A stretch of DNA of 64,000 nucleotides from IMG/VR virus record IMGVR_UViG_3300030616_000018. One strand, written 5' to 3'. A program made the translations under genes and the position numbers. Shown piece by piece: positions 18,850-27,407 of the stretch. The stretch is from an uncultured virus (IMG/VR IMGVR_UViG_3300030616_000018). Its lineage: Duplodnaviria; Heunggongvirae; Uroviricota; Caudoviricetes. The notes beneath the pieces were generated by a model that saw only the letters and a list, made by a program, of their open reading frames with translations, was not told the DNA's origin and searched no databases. Each line of letters begins with the position of its first letter. The first letter of the stretch is position 1.

Positions 18850-19902
18850 CTACTCCTTTAAAGATTCAAGAAAATCATTAAAATCATTAAAACCATACAA
18901 TACATCAAATGCAGCATCCGCACATTCTTCATCATACAGTATACCTCTGTTTTTATTTATTTCATCTAACGCTACCGCAACTCCAAGAGCAGGCCTATAT
19001 GGTCTATGTGTTGACATCGATTCGATTACATCACTAACAGCAATAATCTTGGATGAAAACAAAATGTCATCACCTTTTAATCCTTGTGGGTAACCAGACC
19101 CATTTATTCTCTCGTGATGTTGATGTACTATTTCAGAAACATCACAAGGTAACAGATCTTTAAATGGAATGTTTTTAATTATATCGTATCCTACATCTGA
19201 ATGGTCTTTAATCAAAGCAAACTCATTCTTACTCAATTTTGATGGTTTAGTCAAAATATCAGAAGGTATAGATATCTTACCAATATCATGCATTAAGCCA
19301 GCAATACGAACACAATCAACTCTATCTTCTTTTAATCCAAGAATCTTAGCCATTTCAACAGATAATTGTGTAACCCTTTCTTGATGTCCCGCAGTATAAG
19401 GATCTCTAGCTTCCGTTACTTTGGAGAGAGTTCTAATTGTTTGATCTAATACATTAATTACTTCTTGAGTTTTTTCTTTCACTTCTCTCTCTAAATTTAT
19501 CTTATAATTCTCTTGGTGTACTAAGAGTTGATATTTTTCAATACAATTATTGACGGTGTGCAGTAACAAATCAAAATTAACCGGTTTCATTAAATAATCA
19601 CAGGCACCATGTCTAAGAGAATCTACTATATCCTGCATTGAACCAGCACCAGAGAACATAACAACTTGGTGTTTTGGATAATCACTTTTAATAAGTGCCA
19701 AAAGTTGAACACCAGTCAATCTTGGCATATCAATATCAGTAAGCGTTACAATTGGCGTATATTGATTAAATAATCTTAAACCTTCCTCCCCATCGTTTGC
19801 TGTAATGACTTCGAACCCATTCCCCTCCAAGAAATGTTTTATTGGTTCTACTACCAACGGTTCATCATCAATCAAAAGAATCTTAAAGGGTTCATTCATC
19901 AC
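18850..19902 (-). CDS. response regulator with HD-GYP cyclic-dinucleotide phosphodiesterase domain (RpfG-like)
   Basis: REC: LLIDDE, TDIDMP, DYLMKP; HD-GYP: RDPYTAGHQERV, HDIGK, HHERINGSGYPQGL, RPYR. Confidence 0.92.
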   Translation of the reverse strand: MMNEPFKILLIDDEPLVVEPIKHFLEGNGFEVITANDGEEGLRLFNQYTPIVTLTDIDMPRLTGVQLLALIKSDYPKHQVVMFSGAGSMQDIVDSLRHGACDYLMKPVNFDLLLHTVNNCIEKYQLLVHQENYKINLEREVKEKTQEVINVLDQTIRTLSKVTEARDPYTAGHQERVTQLSVEMAKILGLKEDRVDCVRIAGLMHDIGKISIPSDILTKPSKLSKNEFALIKDHSDVGYDIIKNIPFKDLLPCDVSEIVHQHHERINGSGYPQGLKGDDILFSSKIIAVSDVIESMSTHRPYRPALGVAVALDEINKNRGILYDEECADAAFDVLYGFNDFNDFLESLKE

Positions 19903-20276
19903 ATTAATACTCCATCTAATATTTTGTCTATTTGATCAAATTCCCAATGGGGGATTCGCAATAATCCCATACCCTTTTCTTCAATATAGGAGTTCTTAAT
20001 TTGATCATTAATTTTAGTTCGTTCGTGAACATATTTAGCTTTATATCCTTTATTTACTGGATCGTAATGGTGCTCACCATCGAATTCAATTAATATATTA
20101 TGGTCTGGTAAATAAAAGTCAAATCTTAATGGCTTTCTTCCTGTTCTTCCAAGACAATCTTTAAATGTCTTTTCCATCTCAAATGTCACTCGACGTTGTT
20201 CAAGTGATTGTGCAATCTTTAGTTCTCCTTTTGAGACTTTCTTGCCCTTATAATATCTTCTCTTTTTAGGCATCAT
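19899..20276 (-). CDS. PD-(D/E)XK endonuclease, DUF559/Vsr-like
   Basis: LRFDFYLPDHNILIEFDGEHH...KN...LLRIPHW. Confidence 0.75.
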   Translation of the reverse strand: MMPKKRRYYKGKKVSKGELKIAQSLEQRRVTFEMEKTFKDCLGRTGRKPLRFDFYLPDHNILIEFDGEHHYDPVNKGYKAKYVHERTKINDQIKNSYIEEKGMGLLRIPHWEFDQIDKILDGVLM

Positions 20277-20282
20277 ATACCT

Positions 20283-20588
20283 CTAAATATTCAAACATGT
20301 TTCTAAATCCATTCTAACACTCGATGTCGGAGAAAGAGGATCAAACTTAATTGCAGTCGAATACTCCCTTTTATCCAGTTTAACACACCGATTACAAAGC
20401 CCCGTAAGGTTAATATCACCCGAAGGTAAACTTAAAATGATAGTTAATAATGATCCTTTTTCGATAAATTTATTAGTTCGACACATTACTCCACTCAAAC
20501 TAATATCTTTTGTTTTGCCAAGAATTTGGTCATTTATTTTTATATTTAATTCTTGACATGCTCGGTTAAAGAATCTTTGATCATTCAT
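20283..20588 (-). CDS. PilZ domain protein 3
   Basis: DQRFFNR, TKDISLSGV, AIKF; start MNDQR after AGAGGA. Confidence 0.75.
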   Translation of the reverse strand: MNDQRFFNRACQELNIKINDQILGKTKDISLSGVMCRTNKFIEKGSLLTIILSLPSGDINLTGLCNRCVKLDKREYSTAIKFDPLSPTSSVRMDLETCLNI

Positions 20589-20613
20589 TTTTCCTCTTTT
20601 GCACCTTAAAGAT

Positions 20614-20940
20614 TTAAGACTTGACAGCGTGTCCTTCTTCGACAAGAAGTTCATTAATGTTGGTTTCATCGACCACTAATATACCCAACACCCTACCGTA
20701 TTTACCTCTTTTATCTAACTTGGTTTGAATTGTGAATTTCTCCGGTAACAATTCTTTAAGACGATGTTTAGCGGCAAGCCCTTTCATCTTCTGAACATCA
20801 TCCCTTGTTCTTACTTCAGGAGCATTAATTCCGAATAAACGAATTCGACTCTTATAATGCATATCAAAACCTAAATCAATAATAACATCAACGGTATCAC
20901 CGTCAATTATTCTATCTAATTTACAACTATACTCATACAT
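20614..20940 (-). CDS. thermonuclease (SNase-like) family nuclease
   Basis: IIDGDTVDVIIDLGF, RIRLFGINAPE, GKYGRVLG, INELLVEEGHA. Confidence 0.85.
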   Translation of the reverse strand: MYEYSCKLDRIIDGDTVDVIIDLGFDMHYKSRIRLFGINAPEVRTRDDVQKMKGLAAKHRLKELLPEKFTIQTKLDKRGKYGRVLGILVVDETNINELLVEEGHAVKS

Positions 20941-20949
20941 CCTTTCACC

Positions 20950-21663
20950 TTATACGTGCGCAAATTTAAGTTTACTAGATTGTTTAGCAGCCTTTTTGGC
21001 AGCTTGTTTCTTTTCAACCATTCTGGCATTGCGTTGTAATTGAAGTGCGGCTCTATCCATTTTTCTTGATTTAGCCGCTTCACTTCCAGCTTTTTTAGCT
21101 ACAGAATAGCTTTTTGTACTTACTTTTGAATTAGAACTCCCATCTCTTTGTAACTTCTTATTTAGAAATGCGAGTCGAGTGGCAGCCTTCCCATGTCTTA
21201 TAGCTTTATTTGCATGAATTCCCGCCTGGTCTTTAATCTTTTCTGCATGCTTCCTAACTATCTTTCTTCCAAGTTTTGTGCCATATGCAATTCTTCTTAC
21301 ACCTTTAACAATAGCTCTACCTACTTTATTTTTACTCATACGATGTGTTAACTTTCGAATTTCACTATGCCGTTTTCCGCCCCAACGTCTTTCTTGATCT
21401 GTGCCCATATCTGCTGCATCTTTAAGATCTTTTTCGATTTGTACTTGTTCACTTCCTGAAAATTTATCAGATTTAGAAATACCTTCCCATACAATAGAAA
21501 ACTCTCTATCAAAATAATTATCTATTTCAGTGATATTATCAGTATCGAGAAAACGCAATACATCTTCAAGGAATGATTCACCATATTTATTTATACAACA
21601 CACTGTAATATCTTCAATGATTTGTTCATCAGTGTCAACAAACAAATTTGATATTGTAATCAT
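20950..21663 (-). CDS. tagged acidic-N/basic-C protein, paralog of 21677-22420
   Basis: shared KYG..FLE and SK.K.GRA.VKGVRR.AYGTKLGRK.VRK.A. Confidence 0.7.
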   Translation of the reverse strand: MITISNLFVDTDEQIIEDITVCCINKYGESFLEDVLRFLDTDNITEIDNYFDREFSIVWEGISKSDKFSGSEQVQIEKDLKDAADMGTDQERRWGGKRHSEIRKLTHRMSKNKVGRAIVKGVRRIAYGTKLGRKIVRKHAEKIKDQAGIHANKAIRHGKAATRLAFLNKKLQRDGSSNSKVSTKSYSVAKKAGSEAAKSRKMDRAALQLQRNARMVEKKQAAKKAAKQSSKLKFAHV

Positions 21664-21676
21664 ATCAATCTCCTAA

Positions 21677-22420
21677 TTATTTCATTGCAAGCAAGGGGAC
21701 ATTGCGTTTAGCTTGAGGTTTCATTCTTTTTGTGTTCCCTTGTTTAGCTTTTTGCTTTTTCTCAATAAAGTCAGCGTTTCTTCTTAACTGATGTGCTTGT
21801 CTTAATTTCTTCGATGCTTGATGAGCATATACTCCAGCGTTACGGCCATGTGCATCAGATGCCATATTATAGGACATAGCAGCACCAAGATTCCCAAGAT
21901 TCCCAAGGGTTGTGTTCTTTGAAATACCTTTTGCTCTTAATGCAGCTCTTAATGACTCTTTCCCATGCTGACCAGCTTTAGTCATTTCTGGTGATGCCAT
22001 CTTATCAACAACATCTGCATATTTCCTAACAACTTTTCTTCCTAATTTAGTTCCATATGCTACACGCCGTACTCCTTTAACAACCGCTCTACCAATTTTA
22101 CTTTTACTCAATTGATTCGTAATCTTTCTAATACCTCTTCTTTTACCAGTTAAAGACTCACTAGCTTTTCGTCCAGATTTAATTGAGTCTTTAACATTCT
22201 TTCTTACTTTCCTTTTATCCTCATCATCAAATTCTTCTACTTCAAATAAAGCATTATACTCTTTATCAAAATATTCTTCCATTTCTGTCATAATACCAGA
22301 TTCGAAGAAAGGAATAATGCTTTCGAGAAAACAATCGCCGTATTTATAAAAACAATGTATAGTAAGATCCTCTATTAATTGTTCATCAGGATCTATAAAT
22401 AACTCTGATATTGGAATCAT
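21677..22420 (-). CDS. tagged acidic-N/basic-C protein, paralog of 20950-21663
   Basis: MIPISELF tag; tandem paralog. Confidence 0.7.
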   Translation of the reverse strand: MIPISELFIDPDEQLIEDLTIHCFYKYGDCFLESIIPFFESGIMTEMEEYFDKEYNALFEVEEFDDEDKRKVRKNVKDSIKSGRKASESLTGKRRGIRKITNQLSKSKIGRAVVKGVRRVAYGTKLGRKVVRKYADVVDKMASPEMTKAGQHGKESLRAALRAKGISKNTTLGNLGNLGAAMSYNMASDAHGRNAGVYAHQASKKLRQAHQLRRNADFIEKKQKAKQGNTKRMKPQAKRNVPLLAMK

Positions 22421-22430
22421 AATAATATCC

Positions 22431-22769
22431 TTACTTTTTCTTCCTTGGAGTAACTACAAATATAGTTTTACCTTTATTATCTTTAAGCTTTTGTCTAATA
22501 TCAGCAGCAGTATCTTTGTAAGATTTAGCTTTTATACCTAGGTTGTTAGAATATTTTATTGCTCTTTTTCCACCACCTTGGAATTTCCCAATTTTCTTTG
22601 CACCATAGGAAAGTCTTTCAGCCCCCTTACCCATCTTTTCTCGAACTTTAGCCCAATCTTTCATTACACTCCGACCTAATTTAGAACGATAAGGCACCAT
22701 ACTTAATCCTCTAGTAATTGAAGTTCCAATTTTGAACTTTGATTCGAATAAGTAAGATATTGCAATCAT
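22431..22769 (-). CDS. basic protein with MIAISYLFE tag
   Basis: tag; SKLGR motif shared with the two neighbouring paralogs. Confidence 0.6.
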   Translation of the reverse strand: MIAISYLFESKFKIGTSITRGLSMVPYRSKLGRSVMKDWAKVREKMGKGAERLSYGAKKIGKFQGGGKRAIKYSNNLGIKAKSYKDTAADIRQKLKDNKGKTIFVVTPRKKK

Positions 22770-23176
22770 GATTTAATGCCCTGTTTAATATGTTTTGACT
22801 TTAAAAAATCAGAAAATGACTCTAACTCCATTATAGGTAATATTTTCTCCATATCATCGTGCCATTGATAAATGTAACCATTATCAGTATCTAACAATAT
22901 TTCATCACTACCAACAGAGTGTATTGCTATATAACTCTCTGGTAATTCAATGCTGTCTCGTAATATCTTTGTATAACCTATTACGGAAGGAATGTCTTTG
23001 CCTTGGTCACCTTTCCATGATCCGTAGATAGAAAGATTCTCTTCATCAATAGCACCATGCCACTTAATAAATTTTTTATAGTCCCCAGGGAGTCTAACAT
23101 TAAGAGATTCCTCTATTTTTTTTACTGCTCCAGCATGAGGTACTATTTTCCCGAATAAATGTTTTATCGTAATCAT
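22766..23176 (-). CDS. SMI1/KNR4 (SUKH) family protein
   Basis: IEESLNVRLPGDYKKFIKWHG, LPESYIAI, ILLDT, ESFSDFL. Confidence 0.8.
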   Translation of the reverse strand: MITIKHLFGKIVPHAGAVKKIEESLNVRLPGDYKKFIKWHGAIDEENLSIYGSWKGDQGKDIPSVIGYTKILRDSIELPESYIAIHSVGSDEILLDTDNGYIYQWHDDMEKILPIMELESFSDFLKSKHIKQGIKS

Positions 23177-23424
23177 TTCTCTAATTTTGATAATAGTTCC
23201 ATTTTGCCCGAATCAGCGCTCTTTTGAAATCTTAATACAACAGTTTTACCAGATTTCGCTCTAAACTTTTTAGATCGAATAAGAGGCCTACCAGTATCTG
23301 GATCTTTCGCAGCTTCGGACTCTTTTGGTTTATCTTTCGGTTCATAATGTGTATAACCACCAGATTTTGTTTTCTTACCTGGTTCGAATTCCTGCTTTTC
23401 AAATAAATTACTTACGGGTAACAT
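23173..23424 (-). CDS. small basic protein with MLPVSNLFE tag
   Basis: tag family member. Confidence 0.6.
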   Translation of the reverse strand: MLPVSNLFEKQEFEPGKKTKSGGYTHYEPKDKPKESEAAKDPDTGRPLIRSKKFRAKSGKTVVLRFQKSADSGKMELLSKLEK

Positions 23425-23758
23425 AATTACCTTTTCCTTCTAAGAATTCTTCTAATAATAATTTATCTTCATCAAGTATACTTTCTTTTTTGAAACATAA
23501 TGCTGTGTGGTACACGCCACAATTAACATTTAATGTTCGTAAAGTAGTAGCTTCAATGAAAATACTTCTATCAGGTAGTTTTAATTCAATCTTATAATCT
23601 GTAATATCTTCAAGTATTTGGTTCACGGTCGCGTAAAGCCCACCCATACCTATATTGGTAGTTCGTCCACAAATTTGACCATTGATTATTATATCGATTG
23701 ATTTTTCTACCCGAACATGTCGGCGATTACCTAGAACCGCATTAGTAACTACTAGCAT
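23408..23758 (-). CDS. PilZ domain protein 4
   Basis: NRRHVR, TTNIGMGGL, ALCF. Confidence 0.75.
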   Translation of the reverse strand: MLVVTNAVLGNRRHVRVEKSIDIIINGQICGRTTNIGMGGLYATVNQILEDITDYKIELKLPDRSIFIEATTLRTLNVNCGVYHTALCFKKESILDEDKLLLEEFLEGKGNYVTRK

Positions 23759-23762
23759 TTTA

Positions 23763-23990
23763 TTAGAATCTAAATAAGTTATTTGTTAACCCAGGGAATC
23801 TGACATGAAGCCAAATAGCTAAAGTAGCAACTAACCATATCCAGCCCATGACTGCTATTGTAAATATTGACCAAAATCGTCGTTTAGTTTTGTATAAGAA
23901 CCGTAGCATAAATCCCATTTGAGGAGGCATATTCGGAATGCGCCTATCCCATGGACCACTACGCCGTTCTTTAAATCCTTCATCACTCAT
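23763..23990 (-). CDS. small membrane protein with ERRSGPWDRR motif
   Basis: one TM helix after a basic motif. Confidence 0.55.
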   Translation of the reverse strand: MSDEGFKERRSGPWDRRIPNMPPQMGFMLRFLYKTKRRFWSIFTIAVMGWIWLVATLAIWLHVRFPGLTNNLFRF

Positions 23991-24067
23991 TAATATTCCT
24001 TTGGATAAGACACTCCCAAGGAAAGGAGATCACCATGAACAAACCCTGGGAGTGTCCGCCACCCACC

Positions 24068-24583
24068 TTATCCGAGTTCTTTACCGAACCCAGCTGCCGC
24101 TGCTCCATCAACACCTAATTGACTATCATTAAATGCTTGACCAGTCGGTTTAATCTGCGAAGCAGGAGCAAACCCCTCTTCTGCACGATGTCCACCTACA
24201 CTCGGCGAATCTTTCTTCTCTGCAATCATAAAATGTATGAAAGTACCATCATCACTGTACACCTCTACTGATCCATCGGCTGCTTCATATTCGAAGGTCA
24301 ATCCATCCATGTCACCATCGCCGCCACGAGCAGCCTCAGCAGCATCCATATCAGCAACATCTTCACGATGAGGAACATCAAGAGAAAGCATTTGATCTGC
24401 TACACGATCAAAAGCATCTCCATGATAAGGCACACATACCAACCAATCTGTTACATATTCCCCAACCCTCTTCATCACAACACATTTCGGGCTTTTAAGT
24501 ACTGCATCAAAAAGAGTTCGGGCTTCTGCAGGATCGTTAACTTTGTGAAGTACTTCTAATTTAAACTTAGCCATGATCATCAC
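24068..24583 (-). CDS. acidic hypothetical protein
   Basis: 171 aa, AAGGAG RBS, followed by a hairpin. Confidence 0.6.
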   Translation of the reverse strand: MMIMAKFKLEVLHKVNDPAEARTLFDAVLKSPKCVVMKRVGEYVTDWLVCVPYHGDAFDRVADQMLSLDVPHREDVADMDAAEAARGGDGDMDGLTFEYEAADGSVEVYSDDGTFIHFMIAEKKDSPSVGGHRAEEGFAPASQIKPTGQAFNDSQLGVDGAAAAGFGKELG

Positions 24584-24607
24584 TCCTTATAGAATTTTTA
24601 ATGTTGT

Positions 24608-24982
24608 TCAGCCATCAATTTCAAAATGGTCAATTTTTCTTTCTTCTTTCTCATTAATAAAATTATCAATCTTCTTTCGAACACCCATATCAATACTACT
24701 AAAATAAATGCCTACTTCATAATTATCTTGTTTAATTTTCTCACAACGAACGACAACTCCATCAAATATAACATCATCATCAGGAAGATTAAGGGTTAAT
24801 CTTAATCTAGTCATTTCACTTATAGGTTTAGTCATTGTACAGCTAGCACCAACACAACTCAAATCCTTTGTTTCCCCGTGAATATCGTGAGATGCATCTT
24901 CAGGAATTATCTTGAACTTAATTGGAGCTTTGACTCTTTTACTTCTTCGTCTTTCACGTATTATAACTTTTTCTTCAGTCAT
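24608..24982 (-). CDS. PilZ domain protein 5
   Basis: ERRRSKR, TKDLSCVGA, GVVVRC, YEVGIYF. Confidence 0.88.
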   Translation of the reverse strand: MTEEKVIIRERRRSKRVKAPIKFKIIPEDASHDIHGETKDLSCVGASCTMTKPISEMTRLRLTLNLPDDDVIFDGVVVRCEKIKQDNYEVGIYFSSIDMGVRKKIDNFINEKEERKIDHFEIDG

Positions 24983-24992
24983 TTGTAACCAC

Positions 24993-25574
24993 CTAAGTTT
25001 TGGTAATTTGAACCCTTTTAAACCAACCTCGGCAATACTTTTCCTGAGTAGGGCTTTTCTTCATATAATTTAAATAATGACTAGCCTGTAAAGTATTCAT
25101 AATTTTAAGTAGTAATTCATCCGAATCAACCCTCAAATATATGCTTAAGTTCATCATAGTAGTTGGTCCTAATTGTCCATCATCAGACATATCGGGAAAT
25201 AGTTTACCGTTACGATTTAGAAAATTAAGACTTCTCTGAAGAAATTTAACTGACCGTTTAATACCCATATTAACTCCGGTATCAAACATTTCTTCACCAA
25301 GATCTTGGGAAGGTAAATCATCCCCTTGGAATGGATCCCAATAATGATGTTTATAAAAATTTTGAACCATTTGTTGAATTGTAGCCAACCTGTCTAGATT
25401 TTTAGGGAAGTTAGGTGCTTGTTTAGTACCATCAATAATCTTCCATCCTTCCCAACCAGGATGGAATCTTCGCGCAACACCCTTGTAAGTTTCCCCACCA
25501 GCGTCATCAGGGTCGTGAACATATCCGCCTTCATGCCCCATCGTCTTATCATACGCGTTCTTGAAATTGGCCAT
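24993..25574 (-). CDS. glycoside hydrolase family 108 lysozyme/endolysin with peptidoglycan-binding domain
   Basis: HEGGYVHDPDDAGGETYKGV, FDTGVNMG, DGQLGPTT, GWFKR. Confidence 0.9.
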   Translation of the reverse strand: MANFKNAYDKTMGHEGGYVHDPDDAGGETYKGVARRFHPGWEGWKIIDGTKQAPNFPKNLDRLATIQQMVQNFYKHHYWDPFQGDDLPSQDLGEEMFDTGVNMGIKRSVKFLQRSLNFLNRNGKLFPDMSDDGQLGPTTMMNLSIYLRVDSDELLLKIMNTLQASHYLNYMKKSPTQEKYCRGWFKRVQITKT

Positions 25575-25806
25575 CCTCTTTATCCTTTTCTGAATCTAAC
25601 CCTTTTGTGAAACTAACATATTCTTTTAGTTCTTGTTGTTTATCACTTAGGAAACCTTCAATACATTTCCTACAATGAACCTCATTATTAAGAACAACAA
25701 TATCACTAGCCTCTAGTGAACCGTGTTCACGATTACATCTTATCGTCACTCCTGTGCTCACTTGATTTTTCCTCTCCAGGTTGTTTTGCTTGTTCTTTCT
25801 CAACAA
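25549..25806 (-). CDS. small Cys/His hypothetical protein
   Basis: CNREH...HCRKC. Confidence 0.4.
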   Translation of the reverse strand: MLRKNKQNNLERKNQVSTGVTIRCNREHGSLEASDIVVLNNEVHCRKCIEGFLSDKQQELKEYVSFTKGLDSEKDKEDGQFQERV

Positions 25807-26404
25807 CCTTCATTCTTGGTTCGTTATCAACTTCTTCTACATGATTCTTCTTAGTTATTTTATCTCTCTTCCATAACAACGTAAATAGGTTACACATGAG
25901 ATCATCAGGAAGAACAAATTTACTAAATTTTATTTCTTCTGGTTCTCCAAATATGCTGTATATAAACTCGGAACAATAAAGATTTTTATTATCACATTTG
26001 AAATCGTAATCATATCCAATCTTTTGTTCATGTAATTCTTCAGCTTTCCCTATTGCGGGTTGAATTAGATTATTATTTTTACATCGAAGAATACCAATAT
26101 CGTCACATCTCATAAATGTTAGTATGTCTTCTTTTGTGATCCCCTTACCTAACATATGAATAACGTCATCATCACCCGAATAGAAAGCTGCATGAGACCA
26201 ATATCCTGGTACAAGAAGGCTACCAATATAATGACTGTAACGACGAAGCAATACATCACCAGGTTCAAGAATACCAAGAATCTCTCTCATATGATGACCT
26301 TTGATTTGGTAATGAGAATCACCAAACAATATAATACCACCAAAATAGATTCGTATATCTGCGGCCCATGCTATAAGTTTATCTTTAAATCGTTTCTCTG
26401 CCAT
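25733..26404 (-). CDS. permuted papain-like NlpC/P60 enzyme (YiiX/YebB-like)
   Basis: LEPGDVLL, PGYWSHAAFY, YDYDF, LYCSEFI. Confidence 0.85.
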   Translation of the reverse strand: MAEKRFKDKLIAWAADIRIYFGGIILFGDSHYQIKGHHMREILGILEPGDVLLRRYSHYIGSLLVPGYWSHAAFYSGDDDVIHMLGKGITKEDILTFMRCDDIGILRCKNNNLIQPAIGKAEELHEQKIGYDYDFKCDNKNLYCSEFIYSIFGEPEEIKFSKFVLPDDLMCNLFTLLWKRDKITKKNHVEEVDNEPRMKVVEKEQAKQPGEEKSSEHRSDDKM

Positions 26405-26408
26405 ATTG

Positions 26409-26600
26409 TTACTCCTTTGGTAAAGATTTAATCGATTTAGCTTTTACATCAAGATCCTTTCTATCTTTTACCTTATCTCTTAATAATGCCATTGCTGGTA
26501 ACAATGTACGAGTATTTAATCTTTTTCTTAAAAATAATTCTTTACCTTTTTTATTACCTAATCCAACAATAAAATCATATTTCTCTAATATACTAATCAT
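26409..26600 (-). CDS. small basic protein with MISILE tag
   Basis: same start as 8100-8324. Confidence 0.55.
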   Translation of the reverse strand: MISILEKYDFIVGLGNKKGKELFLRKRLNTRTLLPAMALLRDKVKDRKDLDVKAKSIKSLPKE

Positions 26601-26608
26601 GTTAACTC

Positions 26609-27313
26609 CTACCGGGCTTTACACATTTTAAAATTATTCCCATCTCTCTCAACATAAGTACGATTATGAATCCAATCTCCGGTATTAATATAATCACATT
26701 CTCTTATATCTTTTGGATCAGAATCTCGAAGTACTATTTTAGGTAAATGAGTATGTCCCATAACAAGGTATTCAAAGTCTTTCTCATACTTCGACACCAT
26801 GTGCTTTTCCATATCAAGCACTAGAGCATTATATTTCTTATGTTGCCTCTTGGCTGAGATCGAATGATACAGATTTCGGGTGTATGCTAATAAGTTAACT
26901 CCTAATCTCTCTAGGAACCATCTGATAGGGTATACAAGTTTGGCCATCCAGAAATGTCTCGTTATCAATTCGTCAAATTCTTGACCATGAACGAATAAAG
27001 TATCACCATCTCGAAGAAATTCAAAGATCCTACACATATCAAAAATAGAATGCATTTGTGTTATGTCTGGATCGTGGTTACCTCTAATAATTAGCATAGA
27101 ACCACGTTTTGCACGTTGATTTATTTCATTGATTAAATGTCCATAGTTGCTTTTAATAACATCTACCGGCGCTTCCCAGGTGTCTATAATATCACCAAGT
27201 ATAATTATTCTATCATATTTGGCATCATTAAGAAGTCTTAAAATTATAGCTTCAGAATTAAATAAAGGATTACCTAAATGTAAATCAGATAAATATAAAT
27301 CCATGATCGGCAT
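26609..27313 (-). CDS. calcineurin-like metallophosphoesterase (LpxH-like)
   Basis: SDLHLG, LGDIID, GNHD, HG, GHTH, NTGDW. Confidence 0.85.
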   Translation of the reverse strand: MPIMDLYLSDLHLGNPLFNSEAIILRLLNDAKYDRIIILGDIIDTWEAPVDVIKSNYGHLINEINQRAKRGSMLIIRGNHDPDITQMHSIFDMCRIFEFLRDGDTLFVHGQEFDELITRHFWMAKLVYPIRWFLERLGVNLLAYTRNLYHSISAKRQHKKYNALVLDMEKHMVSKYEKDFEYLVMGHTHLPKIVLRDSDPKDIRECDYINTGDWIHNRTYVERDGNNFKMCKAR

Positions 27314-27338
27314 ATTCCATTTTTATTTTCATAAAGTT

Positions 27339-27358
27339 TATATAGAAATAGTTATAAT
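27339..27358 (+). promoter_or_regulatory. phage promoter-like motif upstream of the RAMP + array unit
   Basis: TATATAGAAATA-GTTATAAT followed by hairpin GGGCAATAATGCCC (27361-27374). Confidence 0.7.
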
Positions 27359-27407
27359 ATGGGCAATAATGCCCAAGAGCGAAAACCTTAATAAAGGAGA
27401 TTGTACA

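Noticed and set aside
27147..27407. N-terminal 87-aa extension of the RAMP ORF in the track
   Set aside because: It overlaps the opposite-strand phosphoesterase and the promoter; a strong RBS precedes ATG 27408.
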